From NCBI GenBank assembly GCA_017542465.1, contig JAFXXB010000005.1, positions 10,614 to 74,613 of the forward strand: a stretch of 64,000 nt of DNA, in the 5' to 3' direction. Positions 1-8,736 of the stretch are shown in pieces. Within the stretch, counting starts at the first letter, position 1, and every line of letters starts with the position of its first letter. The notes beneath the pieces were generated by a model. That model made no database searches. It saw only the letters and a list, made by a program, of their open reading frames with translations, and had not been told where the DNA came from. Source of the stretch: Bacilli bacterium (GTDB lineage: Bacteria > Bacillota_I > Bacilli_A > RF39 > UBA660). Made by a program: the position numbers and the translations under genes.

Positions 1-970
1 CAATATCAGCTGCAATATCAGGATTGTTCTTTAAGAATATCTTAGTGTTTTCTTTACCTTGTCCAATCTTTTCACCATTATAAGAATACCATGCACCTGA
101 TTTTTCAAGTACACCTATTTCAGCACCAAGATCTACAAGTTCACCTTCATAAGATACACCTTCACCATACATAACATCAACTGATGCTGTCTTAAATGGA
201 GGTGCTACCTTATTCTTAACAACTTTGATTGTTGTTCTATTACCAATTACAGAGTCACCCATCTTTATTTGTTCTCCACGTCTAACATCTAATCTAACTG
301 ATGCATAGAATTTTAATGCTCTACCACCTGTAGTTGTTTCAGGATTACCAAACATAACTCCTACTTTTTCTCTTAATTGATTAATGAATATTGCAATAGT
401 ATTAGTCTTATTTATAATACCAGCTAATTTTCTTAATGCTTGAGACATTAATCTTGCTTGAAGACCAACATGAGAATCTCCCATTTCACCTTCAATCTCA
501 GCTTGAGGAACTAAAGCTGCAACTGAGTCAATTACAACTATTTGTACTGCACCAGATCTAACTAAAGCTTCACATATTTCTAAAGCTTGTTCTCCAGTGT
601 CTGGTTGAGATAATAATAATTCATCTAAATTAACTCCTAACGCCTTAGCATATACAGGATCAAGTGCATGTTCTGCATCAATGAATGCTGCTCTTCCACC
701 TTGCTTTTGAACTTCTGCTACTGCTTGTAAAGCTATAGTAGTTTTACCTGATGATTCAGGTCCAAATATTTCTACAATTCTTCCTTTAGGGAATCCACCA
801 GCACCTAGTGCTATATCTAATCCTAAAGATCCAGATGGTACAGTTTCAACTTCAACTTTAGAATCTTCTGAAAGTTTCATAATTGATCCTTTACCAAATT
901 GTTTTTCTATTTCAGCCATTACTTCTTCTAGGGCTTTATCATTATTAGTGTTTACTTCTTTCTTTGCCAT
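1..970 (-). CDS. recA: Recombinase RecA (C-terminus runs off the window edge)
   Basis: Absent from the ORF track because it is truncated. The reverse complement from ATG 970..968 reads [33 protein letters not shown]... and contains [21 protein letters not shown] (Walker A). An AAGGAG SD lies upstream. Confidence 0.95.
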   Translation of the reverse strand, partial: MAKKEVNTNNDKALEEVMAEIEKQFGKGSIMKLSEDSKVEVETVPSGSLGLDIALGAGGFPKGRIVEIFGPESSGKTTIALQAVAEVQKQGGRAAFIDAEHALDPVYAKALGVNLDELLLSQPDTGEQALEICEALVRSGAVQIVVIDSVAALVPQAEIEGEMGDSHVGLQARLMSQALRKLAGIINKTNTIAIFINQLREKVGVMFGNPETTTGGRALKFYASVRLDVRRGEQIKMGDSVIGNRTTIKVVKNKVAPPFKTASVDVMYGEGVSYEGELVDLGAEIGVLEKSGAWYSYNGEKIGQGKENTKIFLKNNPDIAADI

Positions 971-995
971 TTTATTTTCTCCTTATCATAATTTC

Positions 996-1024
996 ATTTT
1001 AAACTCACTAAAAATAAATGTCAA
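996..1024 (-). promoter_or_regulatory. recA proximal promoter
   Basis: TTGACA, 17 nt spacer, TAAAAT. Confidence 0.5.
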
Positions 1025-1089
1025 TAGTTTTTACGAACATTTGTATCGTTTTAATAATTTTACACCCAAAGTTATTCTTATCTAAGTAA

Positions 1090-1098
1090 ATTATATCA
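1090..1098 (-). promoter_or_regulatory. Extended -10 (TGATATAAT) upstream of recA
   Basis: Exact TGnTATAAT about 120 nt upstream of the recA ATG. Confidence 0.4.
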
Positions 1099-1176
1099 TA
1101 AATAAGGCCTATATCAATTAGAAAGATATATATCCTTCTACTATTATATATTAACGATTATTCTTAAAATCTCGAA

Positions 1177-1200
1177 TAAAAAAAGAGAATTTCTTCTCTT
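1177..1200 (-). terminator. Intrinsic terminator after mraY
   Basis: AGAGAA-gaaa-UUCUCU followed by UUUUUUU. Confidence 0.7.
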
Positions 1201-2193
1201 TTATAACCAAACACCATACACTACACCAAACATAGCAAGTAGGAATCCTACAACCCAGAACACTTTAACTATATCTTGTTCTGACCAACCTAACTCTTCA
1301 AAACTATGATGTAATGGAGCTTTTGGGAATACTTTCTTTTTAAAGCATCTTATTGCAATTATTTGAATTAAACTTGATAATGTTTCAACTACAAATACGC
1401 CACCAATTACCGCTAATGAGATTTCATGGTGAGTAAGAATTGCAATTGATGCAAGTGCACCACCTAATGCAAGTGAACCAGTATCACCCATAAATACTCT
1501 AGCTGGATATGAATTAAATAATAAGAACGCCATAATTGATCCAACTAATGCAAATGAGAAGATAGCCATACTATCAAACCCCATAATCCATGTTGAACCA
1601 AATGCTATAACACCATATGCAAGGAATGCCATGATTGATAATCCTCCACATAAACCATCTAATCCATCTGTTATATTAACAGCATTTGTAGTACCTACAA
1701 GTAAGAATAATACAAACAAGAAATATCCCCATCCCATTTCAAAATGGAAATCAATTAAGGATATATCCAATGCTGTAGTTCCACCATTCTTTTTATATAT
1801 AATAGTAAATACTATAGCTAATATTACTTGGAATAATAATTTAACTAATGTTGGAATACCTTTATTATTATGTGCTCTAATCTTTAAATAATCATCAGCA
1901 AATCCTAGCAATGCATACGCAAGGAATACAATAATAACTATTCCTAAATTAGAATTAAAATCAATTGATCCTTTCCACCATAGTAATAACATAATTAATA
2001 ATGGTGGGAATATAAATATTAAACCACCTATTGTAGGTGTACCATTCTTTAATTGATGTCTTTTATTAATTGTTTTAGATACAGTTTGTCTAGCATTTAA
2101 CTTTCTTAAGAAAGGTAATACTATAAAACCTGCTATAATACCTAAAACTAAGCCTAATGTAATACTCAATATAGCTTTAGCTAAAATTAGCAT
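1201..2193 (-). CDS. mraY: Phospho-N-acetylmuramoyl-pentapeptide transferase
   Basis: 330 aa polytopic membrane protein with MraY/GT4 motifs PTIGGLIF, NAVNITDGLDGL and FMGDTGSLALGG. Confidence 0.9.
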   Translation of the reverse strand: MLILAKAILSITLGLVLGIIAGFIVLPFLRKLNARQTVSKTINKRHQLKNGTPTIGGLIFIFPPLLIMLLLWWKGSIDFNSNLGIVIIVFLAYALLGFADDYLKIRAHNNKGIPTLVKLLFQVILAIVFTIIYKKNGGTTALDISLIDFHFEMGWGYFLFVLFLLVGTTNAVNITDGLDGLCGGLSIMAFLAYGVIAFGSTWIMGFDSMAIFSFALVGSIMAFLLFNSYPARVFMGDTGSLALGGALASIAILTHHEISLAVIGGVFVVETLSSLIQIIAIRCFKKKVFPKAPLHHSFEELGWSEQDIVKVFWVVGFLLAMFGVVYGVWL

Positions 2194-2214
2194 ATAAACT
2201 CATCTCCTATGAAT

Positions 2215-2223
2215 ATTTTATCA
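2215..2223 (-). promoter_or_regulatory. Extended -10 (TGATAAAAT) for mraY
   Basis: TGnTAAAAT 6 nt upstream of the AGGAGA SD. Confidence 0.5.
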
Positions 2224-2266
2224 TATATAAAATACTAAAGTTTATCATTATTATATGATTTTACAT

Positions 2267-2291
2267 AAAAAAAATGGAATATTAATTCCAT
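2267..2291 (-). terminator. Intrinsic terminator after the surface-protein gene
   Basis: AUGGAAU-uaau-AUUCCAU followed by a U-tract. Confidence 0.7.
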
Positions 2292-2293
2292 TT

Positions 2294-2917
2294 TTATTTA
2301 TTATCAGGATTCTTCTTAACTAATTTTAAAGCTTTTTCTCTTTTCTTATATAAGATTTTAGAAGAAATTACTTTAAATAAAGTTATTCCTAAGATACCAG
2401 CTCCAATACCAGCTAACATTGGACGAGCCATATTGTTATCACCAGTTTTTGGTACTGGTTTCTTTGGTTCTTCTGGTTTCTTTGGTTCTTCTGGTACTTT
2501 TATATCCCATTCATCTTGAATTGGATTAATAACTGGATTTCCAGCATCAATAGTATTATCCTTTGTTGGATCATAGTTAGGATCTTTTGGATTATTTCCG
2601 CCATTTCCATCTCCGTTACCATTTCCGTTTCCGTTTCCATTTCCTGATTCTGGATTAGTTTTAGGTTCAGTACCACCCTTAGAGTTATCTACTATTGCGT
2701 CAGCATCTTGTACGTTTCCATCTTTATCCTTAATATCTTCTTTATCCTTATCAGTTACATCTTCAAATGTTGGATTTCCTTCTCTTTCAACAGTTTGTTC
2801 AACTAATGGTTCAGCATGTACTTTTGGAGCACTTGCTAAAACTATAGCTACACCTAATATAGAAATTAAAGAACCAATTTTTTTAGTAAACTTTCTACTC
2901 TTTTCTACTTTTGTCAT
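2294..2917 (-). CDS. Sortase-anchored surface protein with a VPKTG sorting signal
   Basis: Signal peptide (LGVAIVLASAPKVHA), low-complexity GNGNGNGNGNGDGNGG and PEEPKKPEEPKK repeats. The C-terminus has VPKTG, then a hydrophobic stretch and a K/R-rich tail. Confidence 0.75.
   Translation of the reverse strand: MTKVEKSRKFTKKIGSLISILGVAIVLASAPKVHAEPLVEQTVEREGNPTFEDVTDKDKEDIKDKDGNVQDADAIVDNSKGGTEPKTNPESGNGNGNGNGNGDGNGGNNPKDPNYDPTKDNTIDAGNPVINPIQDEWDIKVPEEPKKPEEPKKPVPKTGDNNMARPMLAGIGAGILGITLFKVISSKILYKKREKALKLVKKNPDNK
2455..2490 (-). repeat. Perfect 2 x 18 nt tandem repeat encoding PEEPKK-PEEPKK
   Basis: ctggtttctttggttctt occurs twice in tandem on the plus strand. Confidence 0.9.
2598..2644 (-). 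repeat. Imperfect hexanucleotide (GGN-AAY) repeat encoding GNGNGNGNGNGDGNGG
   Basis: Runs of ccattt/ccgttt units on the plus strand. Confidence 0.8.
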
Positions 2918-2919
2918 AT

Positions 2920-4317
2920 TTATCTCTCCTTTTTCTTTCCTATTTCATATCCATCTATAGTAATATCCTTTATAGCTGCTTTTTCTAAAACACCTATAAG
3001 AACATATCTATCATTTTGTTGTCTGTAACTACATGTTACTAATGACATAAATTTTGTATCTTCATCAACTGTATAACCATCTAATGTGAAGTTACCATCT
3101 CTTTTTGCTTGAGCTATAGCTTCATCAATAAATGCTTGTTTATCTTCAACACTCTTGAAATCTCCAGAGTGAATATTTGATGAATCATTTCCACTTACTA
3201 CTCTTGAAGTAATAAATGTTAATTTATAACATAGACCATCATCTGTATAAATTACACCATATGGATGTTCAGCACCATATGTTCCATCTTTATCTTTCTT
3301 CCACTTATCTAATCCTGTAAACATTGAACCATCTTGCATGTGATGACCATATATTACAGACATATCAGATAATTTATCTGAATGTTGATTTAATGGTTGT
3401 GTATATATATCTTGGTATAATGTTCCCCAATCAGATTTTGCATCATTAATTGTATGTTTTAAGAAATACATATTCATGTAATCTGTTTCATTATACTCTG
3501 ATCTATTAACTGAATCTCTTAATCCTTCAACTTTATCAATATTAGCTGTACTTGGTAATACGAATGGATAATCTATTTTAGTTCCAGGTATTTCTATCCA
3601 AGCAGTTGTACTTGATAATGTTGGATTAATCCCTTTTAAATACTCAGGTGTTAATGATTCATTAAACTTATAACCATTATCAATGAATTCTCCTGAAATA
3701 TATTCTGTATCATCTTCAATTACTACAGGTTGTAATTCTGGTTCTTCTTGATAATTGTAATTAACATATCCTGTAGAATTTCGTAATGATTCTTCAGCTG
3801 ATAATGTTTTTTGTGCATTTAAATATTGTTTTTCTCTATATTTATCAATAGAATTTTGAATTACACCAGAAGCAACTATAAATGCTCCACCAGCAGCTAA
3901 TGCAATAAATACTGGCATAGCTTTTTTAAATACCTTTAAGTTCTTTCTAGGTTTAGTTGTTTTTTTCTTTTCAGCTTTCTTAACAACTTTTCTAGCTTTC
4001 TTTACCTTAATAGGTTTTTCTTCTTTCTTTACTTCAGGTTTAATAGGTTTTTCAACCTTTTTACTTTTAACTACTTTAACAGGTTCTTCTTTTTTCTTTA
4101 CTTCTATTTTTGTAGTTGTTGGTTTAATTAGCTTTTCTTCTTTTTTTACAGGCTTTTCTACTTTTGGAGTTGTCTTAGGCTTTTCAGCTTTAACAACTTT
4201 ACTACCATTGGTATAGCCATATTTCTTATATAACTCATTACGTTCTAGATCCATTTGAGCAATGACATCTTGAACACTACCATTATTTACCATATCAACT
4301 TCACCCTCTTTATTCAA
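2920..4317 (-). CDS. srtB: Class B sortase with a long Lys/Glu/Pro-rich N-terminal extension and one TM
   Basis: The C-terminal ~230 aa carry SrtB signatures WIEIPGTKIDYP, YGHHMQDGSMF and the catalytic LVTCSY. The gene ends 2 nt before the substrate gene starts. Confidence 0.85.
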   Translation of the reverse strand: MNKEGEVDMVNNGSVQDVIAQMDLERNELYKKYGYTNGSKVVKAEKPKTTPKVEKPVKKEEKLIKPTTTKIEVKKKEEPVKVVKSKKVEKPIKPEVKKEEKPIKVKKARKVVKKAEKKKTTKPRKNLKVFKKAMPVFIALAAGGAFIVASGVIQNSIDKYREKQYLNAQKTLSAEESLRNSTGYVNYNYQEEPELQPVVIEDDTEYISGEFIDNGYKFNESLTPEYLKGINPTLSSTTAWIEIPGTKIDYPFVLPSTANIDKVEGLRDSVNRSEYNETDYMNMYFLKHTINDAKSDWGTLYQDIYTQPLNQHSDKLSDMSVIYGHHMQDGSMFTGLDKWKKDKDGTYGAEHPYGVIYTDDGLCYKLTFITSRVVSGNDSSNIHSGDFKSVEDKQAFIDEAIAQAKRDGNFTLDGYTVDEDTKFMSLVTCSYRQQNDRYVLIGVLEKAAIKDITIDGYEIGKKKER

Positions 4318-4387
4318 TACGGTTATTACCCTTTGAATTGCCGTTTATTATATATCAAAAAGGGTCTAAAGTCAAATTACAGAAGTC

Positions 4388-4924
4388 CTATTTTCTAGTA
4401 CGTCCATGATTATCATTTGAATCAATTTGAACGGATTCACTTATTATTTCTTTTAATCCTGCAATTGGAACCCACTTACTACTATTTAATCCTTGTAATT
4501 CATCTAAATTATAGTAGTCTGTTAATATAGAAAATACTAAACGTGCACCTAATTTAGGTAAACATTCCTTAGTTGCTTTTGCAACAGCCATTTGATTTAA
4601 TAATTCATATAGTCTGTTACTTTCTTTTTCAATCATTGAAATAGCCTTACAATATAATACTTTATCACTGTTATATACAGCTTTTTCTAAAGTATCAACT
4701 ATCTTAGCTAATACAAGATTATTAACAAACTCATAATCCCAATAAGATAATTCTTGATCAAAAGTAAAATTACCTACATATTTTTTAACAGATGTAATAT
4801 TTGAATAATAGTTGCATAATGCTGGATTATCCACTCTAACTGTGGCTCCATATGCGTTTTCTATACCTTCGAAGTTAATTTTTCCTAATTTTTCTAATTC
4901 TTTTGTGTTATATTCTCTAATCAT
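4388..4924 (-). CDS. Hypothetical cytoplasmic protein (178 aa)
   Basis: Intact ORF with codon usage like its neighbours. I recognise no motif. Confidence 0.5.
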   Translation of the reverse strand: MIREYNTKELEKLGKINFEGIENAYGATVRVDNPALCNYYSNITSVKKYVGNFTFDQELSYWDYEFVNNLVLAKIVDTLEKAVYNSDKVLYCKAISMIEKESNRLYELLNQMAVAKATKECLPKLGARLVFSILTDYYNLDELQGLNSSKWVPIAGLKEIISESVQIDSNDNHGRTRK

Positions 4925-4990
4925 ACCTAACCCTCCTAATAGTTCTATATAATAACACTAATAAATAAGCATAGTAAAGAAAAAAAGGAA

Positions 4991-5290
4991 TTAATTATTC
5001 CTTTTTAATTCACTTATCTTCTGTCTTATGGTAATACTAGCTTCCATAGGTGCATTCATATCGTTTAACAATAATAATGCATCTTGTAGCTTATCAATAT
5101 CTGTATTATTTCTTTCGATTTCATACTTAATAGCTTCATAATCAACATTTTGAATTCTATTATTCTCTAAATAAGCATCTATATACTCTCTTATATCTTT
5201 TAGCAAATATTGTTTATCTTTATATTCATCTAATAATTCAACACCAAAATAACCTGAAATCATATATTTATAAGGATCATCAAACTCCAT
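4991..5290 (-). CDS. Hypothetical small acidic protein (99 aa from the refined start)
   Basis: AGGTGA SD 5 nt before ATG 5290 (MEFDD...). The track start at 5299 is the GTG inside the SD. Confidence 0.5.
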   Translation of the reverse strand: MEFDDPYKYMISGYFGVELLDEYKDKQYLLKDIREYIDAYLENNRIQNVDYEAIKYEIERNNTDIDKLQDALLLLNDMNAPMEASITIRQKISELKRNN

Positions 5291-5308
5291 AAATATCACC
5301 TAGATATA

Positions 5309-5316
5309 ATTATACA
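5309..5316 (-). promoter_or_regulatory. Extended -10 (TGTATAAT) for the gene at 4991..5290
   Basis: Follows the hsp20 terminator hairpin and precedes AGGTGA. Confidence 0.45.
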
Positions 5317-5338
5317 TAAGAAAAATAGGTATTTCTAC

Positions 5339-5719
5339 CTATTTTATATCGATATATTTAGTTTCTTTAGATTTTTCTTCTTTATCTAAAGTAATAACTA
5401 AAGTACCATCTTTAAATTCAGCATCAATTGATTCTTCATCAATTTCACCAACATACACTTGTCTTGTTTCTTTGCCTACAAATGTTCTTTCACGATGTAG
5501 ATATTTTCTATCTTCCTTTTCTTCTTGCTTCTTTGTAGCTTCAATAGTTAAATAACCATTTTCACAAGAGATTTTAATATCATCTTTTTTATATCCAGGA
5601 GCATCTACTTCAACAACATATTTGTCATCTTTTTCATAGATATCCATCTTCATTCCTGTTTGTTTTTCTTTGTGAAAATCGTCCATGAAATCATCGAAGA
5701 ATATTCTACTTGGTAACAT
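5339..5719 (-). CDS. Small heat-shock protein, Hsp20/alpha-crystallin family
   Basis: 126 aa with a typical ACD pattern (MDIYEKDDKYVVEVDAPGYKKDDIKI...GTLVITL). A CIRCE operator lies upstream. Confidence 0.85.
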   Translation of the reverse strand: MLPSRIFFDDFMDDFHKEKQTGMKMDIYEKDDKYVVEVDAPGYKKDDIKISCENGYLTIEATKKQEEKEDRKYLHRERTFVGKETRQVYVGEIDEESIDAEFKDGTLVITLDKEEKSKETKYIDIK

Positions 5720-5750
5720 ATTTTCACTTCCTTTCTCTTATTACACTTTT

Positions 5751-5779
5751 AATATAATACTATAATTAGCACTTGTCAA
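5751..5779 (-). promoter_or_regulatory. hsp20 promoter
   Basis: TTGACA (5779..5774), 17 nt spacer, TATATT (5756..5751). Confidence 0.55.
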
Positions 5780-5792
5780 TAGAAAGTGCTAA
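5766..5792 (-). promoter_or_regulatory. CIRCE operator (HrcA binding site) upstream of hsp20
   Basis: TTAGCACTT-N9-AAGTGCTAA is a perfect inverted repeat. It matches TTAGCACTC-N9-GAGTGCTAA at 8/9 per arm and overlaps the -35. Confidence 0.85.
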
Positions 5793-5814
5793 TTATTATT
5801 TAAATATGTAAAAT

Positions 5815-6111
5815 TTATCTCTTTTTCTTAGTTGTTGTGGTAGTTTTCTTCACTGTTGTTGTAGTTTTATTTGTTGTTTTAACAGTAGTTTTAACTGTTG
5901 TTTTTTGTGTTGTTGTGGTCTCAGTTGTAGTTGTTGGTTCTTCAGTTGTTGTAGTTTCTTCTGTTGTTGTAGTTGGTTTTGATTCAACTGTCGTTGTATT
6001 TTCTATGTAATTCTTATATGCATTAGATGCTAAGAAGTAAATACCTACTCCACATCCTAAGAAAAATATAATTATTATAATTGTTATAATTGTTTCCTTA
6101 GTTTTATCCAT
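5815..6111 (-). CDS. Small membrane-anchored Thr-rich protein
   Basis: One N-terminal TM followed by TTTTEETTTTEEPTTTTETTTT low complexity. ATG 6111 follows AGGTGA-tatat. Confidence 0.55.
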   Translation of the reverse strand: MDKTKETIITIIIIIFFLGCGVGIYFLASNAYKNYIENTTTVESKPTTTTEETTTTEEPTTTTETTTTQKTTVKTTVKTTNKTTTTVKKTTTTTKKKR

Positions 6112-6127
6112 ATATATCACCTATATA

Positions 6128-6136
6128 ATTATATCA
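6128..6136 (-). promoter_or_regulatory. Extended -10 (TGATATAAT) for the gene at 5815..6111
   Basis: Exact TGnTATAAT between the terminator and the AGGTGA SD. Confidence 0.5.
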
Positions 6137-6163
6137 TAAAAAAAGAAGATATTTAATCTTCTT

Positions 6164-6670
6164 TTAGTTATACATCAATTGATCAGTCTTAGCTATAGCA
6201 AATGCTACTAAGAATACAAGATCTAAATCTTTTTCTTCACATGTAACATCATAATACATTGAACTAGTAATTAAAAACTTACCTTCAGGTGTAGATGTAG
6301 CCATAGTAGCTATTTCATTACCTTCAAAAGATATAACATAAGTCAAACCCAATTTACCACTAGATAAATCTGTTTTTATTCTTATTCCTTTATCATGTAG
6401 ATAATCCCATATATTAGTATCATCATATTTAAAACTAGATTTACGAGAAAGCAGTTCTTCCCATCCTTCACCTAATGAAGTATTCACAGTTTTACCTACT
6501 TTATGTTCTTCAGTTTTATTTGTTTTATGATTAACAAAATTAAATGGAGATGCTCCAAATAAATGGAACTTAGCCATTTGAGCTTCATATACTAAGTTAT
6601 CTCCTTCATATAATTGATAACCTTCTTTAATTGTATTAAATATAGGTTTTAATTTATAATTATTTGCCAT
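6164..6670 (-). CDS. Hypothetical protein, possibly a tubby/LURP-one-like (YxjI-type) fold
   Basis: 168 aa soluble ORF. Overlaps the upstream DUF3592-like gene by 11 nt. The fold assignment is a guess from the sequence pattern only. Confidence 0.4.
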   Translation of the reverse strand: MANNYKLKPIFNTIKEGYQLYEGDNLVYEAQMAKFHLFGASPFNFVNHKTNKTEEHKVGKTVNTSLGEGWEELLSRKSSFKYDDTNIWDYLHDKGIRIKTDLSSGKLGLTYVISFEGNEIATMATSTPEGKFLITSSMYYDVTCEEKDLDLVFLVAFAIAKTDQLMYN

Positions 6671-7139
6671 TTGACCATCCTTCCTCTTGTGCTTTCATCT
6701 TCTTATATCTATTAATAGCTTTAGAAGCACTTATAATACCTACAATTGTTGAAATAATACCAGCACATGTAATAATAATTGGTAATAATACACCTTTACT
6801 TTGAGTTATTTCACTTGGATTAGATGGATTATAGAATACCTTAATCTTATCCCCTTGATTACGTTTTGGTCCAATTCCTAATTCAGTTTCATACTCTTTA
6901 TTATCAACAGTAAATTTAACATATGATTTATATGTAGCATCAACTTGCTCACCTTGATCATCAGTATGAGCATCTTCAAATAGTTCTACTCTTGATACAG
7001 TTGATTCAATTTCAACATAATTTGCTGTTTTACCACTTGTAAAGAATAATATTGCTCCAAATATAATAAGTATAATACCTGCCGGTATGAAGAATCTTGC
7101 AGTTCCAGATTCTCTAAAAAAAGTTGCAAGTTTATTCAT
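6660..7139 (-). CDS. DUF3592-like membrane protein (TM - beta-rich domain - TM)
   Basis: 159 aa. N-terminal TM (FFIPAGIILIIFGAILFF) and C-terminal TM (LLPIIITCAGIISTIVGII) flank a ~90 aa domain. Confidence 0.5.
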   Translation of the reverse strand: MNKLATFFRESGTARFFIPAGIILIIFGAILFFTSGKTANYVEIESTVSRVELFEDAHTDDQGEQVDATYKSYVKFTVDNKEYETELGIGPKRNQGDKIKVFYNPSNPSEITQSKGVLLPIIITCAGIISTIVGIISASKAINRYKKMKAQEEGWSNGK

Positions 7140-7190
7140 ATACTCTCCTTTCTATTTTTAATATAACATAAAAAGAAGCAATATAAAATA

Positions 7191-8684
7191 TTACTTCTTT
7201 AATATTAATCTTCTAGTTTTACTAGCATAAGATTTATCTATTAATTCTTCTTTTTCATGTAAATCTTTACCATATATAATCTTAACATGATCTTGAGAAT
7301 TTAATTTATAATCTAATGGTTTTTCTTCACCATTTATATATGCTTTTTCTATTCTATTAGCTATAGTAGGTCTAGTTCTATATGCATAATCAATAGGAGT
7401 TGAACCATTTGGCATCTCAATTAATGATTTTGAACCTGGTTTAGTTCTATCATCAAATATATAAATCATCTTAGTGAAAATATCATGTTTTAATTCATCC
7501 ATGTATTCTTTTGCTGGTAAGTTTTCATCTTGTAATTCTAATAATTGTTTATAGAATTGCATGTTTCTTACAACATCTTGTAATTTATTCTTATCAACAT
7601 TATGCTTTCTAGCAATCTTCCAATATGCAGTTATACCATGGTTATTAATTTTTTCCATATCTCTAGTTTTGAATTGGAATTGTAACATATCATCATTAGG
7701 CGCCCCTGGAATAAGTATTGTTGAATGTAATCCCATATATCTATTTGATTTAGGAGTTGTAAGATAGTCACGGTCTTTTCCTTCAATTGTATGGCCATCT
7801 CTTTTTAATATATCAAAAGCTTTCCTACAGTCTTTCTTCTCTTTTAAATAGATATTTAAGGCATTGTAATCATGTATTTTATGAATATCTTCAGCTGTAT
7901 AATGTTCACTTATTTCTAATAATCTTCTTCTTAAACCATATAAATGTTTAGATTCTAAAGACATATTACAGTCTATTCCATTATTATTAAATAACATGAA
8001 TGCAAATAATTGTGTTTCATCCATTAAAGATTCCATTTCTTTTTCATATGCACTCTTTAATTGTAATAATCGATTGTATTCATCAGGATATACGTATTTA
8101 AATGATAAATCCTCTAACGCACATTTAATCTCATATTCACCTAAAAGATAAGCTAAAGGTGCAAATATTTCTAAAGTCTCTTGAGCTTTAGTTACACTTG
8201 GTTTTGAGTCTAATGTAATCATATTATGTAATCTGTCAGCTAGTTTAATAATTATAATTCTTATATCTTGAACTAAAGAAGAAACTGTTTTTTGTAAGTT
8301 TTTAGCAATTCTTTCTTCTTTATTTTCGCCCTTTTCTTTTCTAAACTTAGTAACACCATCAACAAGATCAGCTACTATAGGACCAAATTGTTCTTTTATC
8401 ACTTCTATAGGTATATCACAATCTTCTACAGTATCATGCAATAAACCAGCCATAACTGTTTCTGTATCACTACCTAAGTCTAATAATATACATGCAACTG
8501 ATAAAGGATGAGTAATATATCTATCACCAGACTCACGTAATTGATTCTTATGATTATGATTAGCAAAAGCATAGGCTGTTAGTATTCTTCTTCTATCTTC
8601 AGCAGAATAACCTTCTAGTCTAGCCATTAAATCTTCTAATTGACATACTTTATATTTTTGTTCTAATACACTAGTCTTATACAT
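7191..8684 (-). CDS. rel: Short Rel/SpoT homologue (HD hydrolase + divergent synthetase + TGS, no C-terminal ZFD/ACT)
   Basis: HD motif HPLSVACILLDLG...LLHDTVEDC, RelA_SpoT-like RDYLTTPKSNRYMGLHST, TGS-like IEMPNGSTPIDYAY. AAGGAGG SD precedes ATG 8684 (MYKTSVLEQ); the track start at 8711 is a TTG. Confidence 0.85.
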   Translation of the reverse strand: MYKTSVLEQKYKVCQLEDLMARLEGYSAEDRRRILTAYAFANHNHKNQLRESGDRYITHPLSVACILLDLGSDTETVMAGLLHDTVEDCDIPIEVIKEQFGPIVADLVDGVTKFRKEKGENKEERIAKNLQKTVSSLVQDIRIIIIKLADRLHNMITLDSKPSVTKAQETLEIFAPLAYLLGEYEIKCALEDLSFKYVYPDEYNRLLQLKSAYEKEMESLMDETQLFAFMLFNNNGIDCNMSLESKHLYGLRRRLLEISEHYTAEDIHKIHDYNALNIYLKEKKDCRKAFDILKRDGHTIEGKDRDYLTTPKSNRYMGLHSTILIPGAPNDDMLQFQFKTRDMEKINNHGITAYWKIARKHNVDKNKLQDVVRNMQFYKQLLELQDENLPAKEYMDELKHDIFTKMIYIFDDRTKPGSKSLIEMPNGSTPIDYAYRTRPTIANRIEKAYINGEEKPLDYKLNSQDHVKIIYGKDLHEKEELIDKSYASKTRRLILKK

Positions 8685-8700
8685 ATTACTCACCTCCTTA

Positions 8701-8736
8701 AAAATGCGCAAAACGATAGTAACAAACTACTATCGT
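8701..8736 (-). terminator. Terminator-like hairpin in the rel leader (possible attenuator)
   Basis: ACGAUAGUA-guuugu-UACUAUCGU (9 bp) followed by UUUGCGCAUUUUU. It sits just 5' of the rel SD. Confidence 0.45.

Noticed and set aside
1034-1048. Possible LexA/Cheo box (CGAACATTTGTATCG) upstream of recA
   Set aside because: Only one half-site (CGAAC) matches CGAAC-N4-GTTCG. The other half matches at 2 of 5 positions in either orientation. That is too weak to call without a genome-wide motif or a lexA gene.
5830-5990. Repetitive DNA (gttgttgtagttgt runs) here and at about 21490, 23500, 26970, 37250 and 47740, considered as a CRISPR-like or mobile repeat
   Set aside because: All copies are in frame within coding regions and encode poly-Thr linkers. 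There is no regular spacer/repeat periodicity, no cas genes and no terminal inverted repeats.
8685-8711. Longer rel start (TTG at 8711), and similar GTG/TTG-extended starts for the genes ending at 5299, 6120, 9948, 15912, 19814, 20817, 26421, 30817, 32679, 38716, 43012, 52872 and 54631, plus the upstream starts at 32890 and 36723
   Set aside because: In each case a strong SD (usually AGGTGA or AAGGAGG) lies inside or just after the proposed extension, at correct spacing to an internal ATG. That ATG gives a canonical N-terminus, for example MPEIAEV for MutM and MARYTG for S4.
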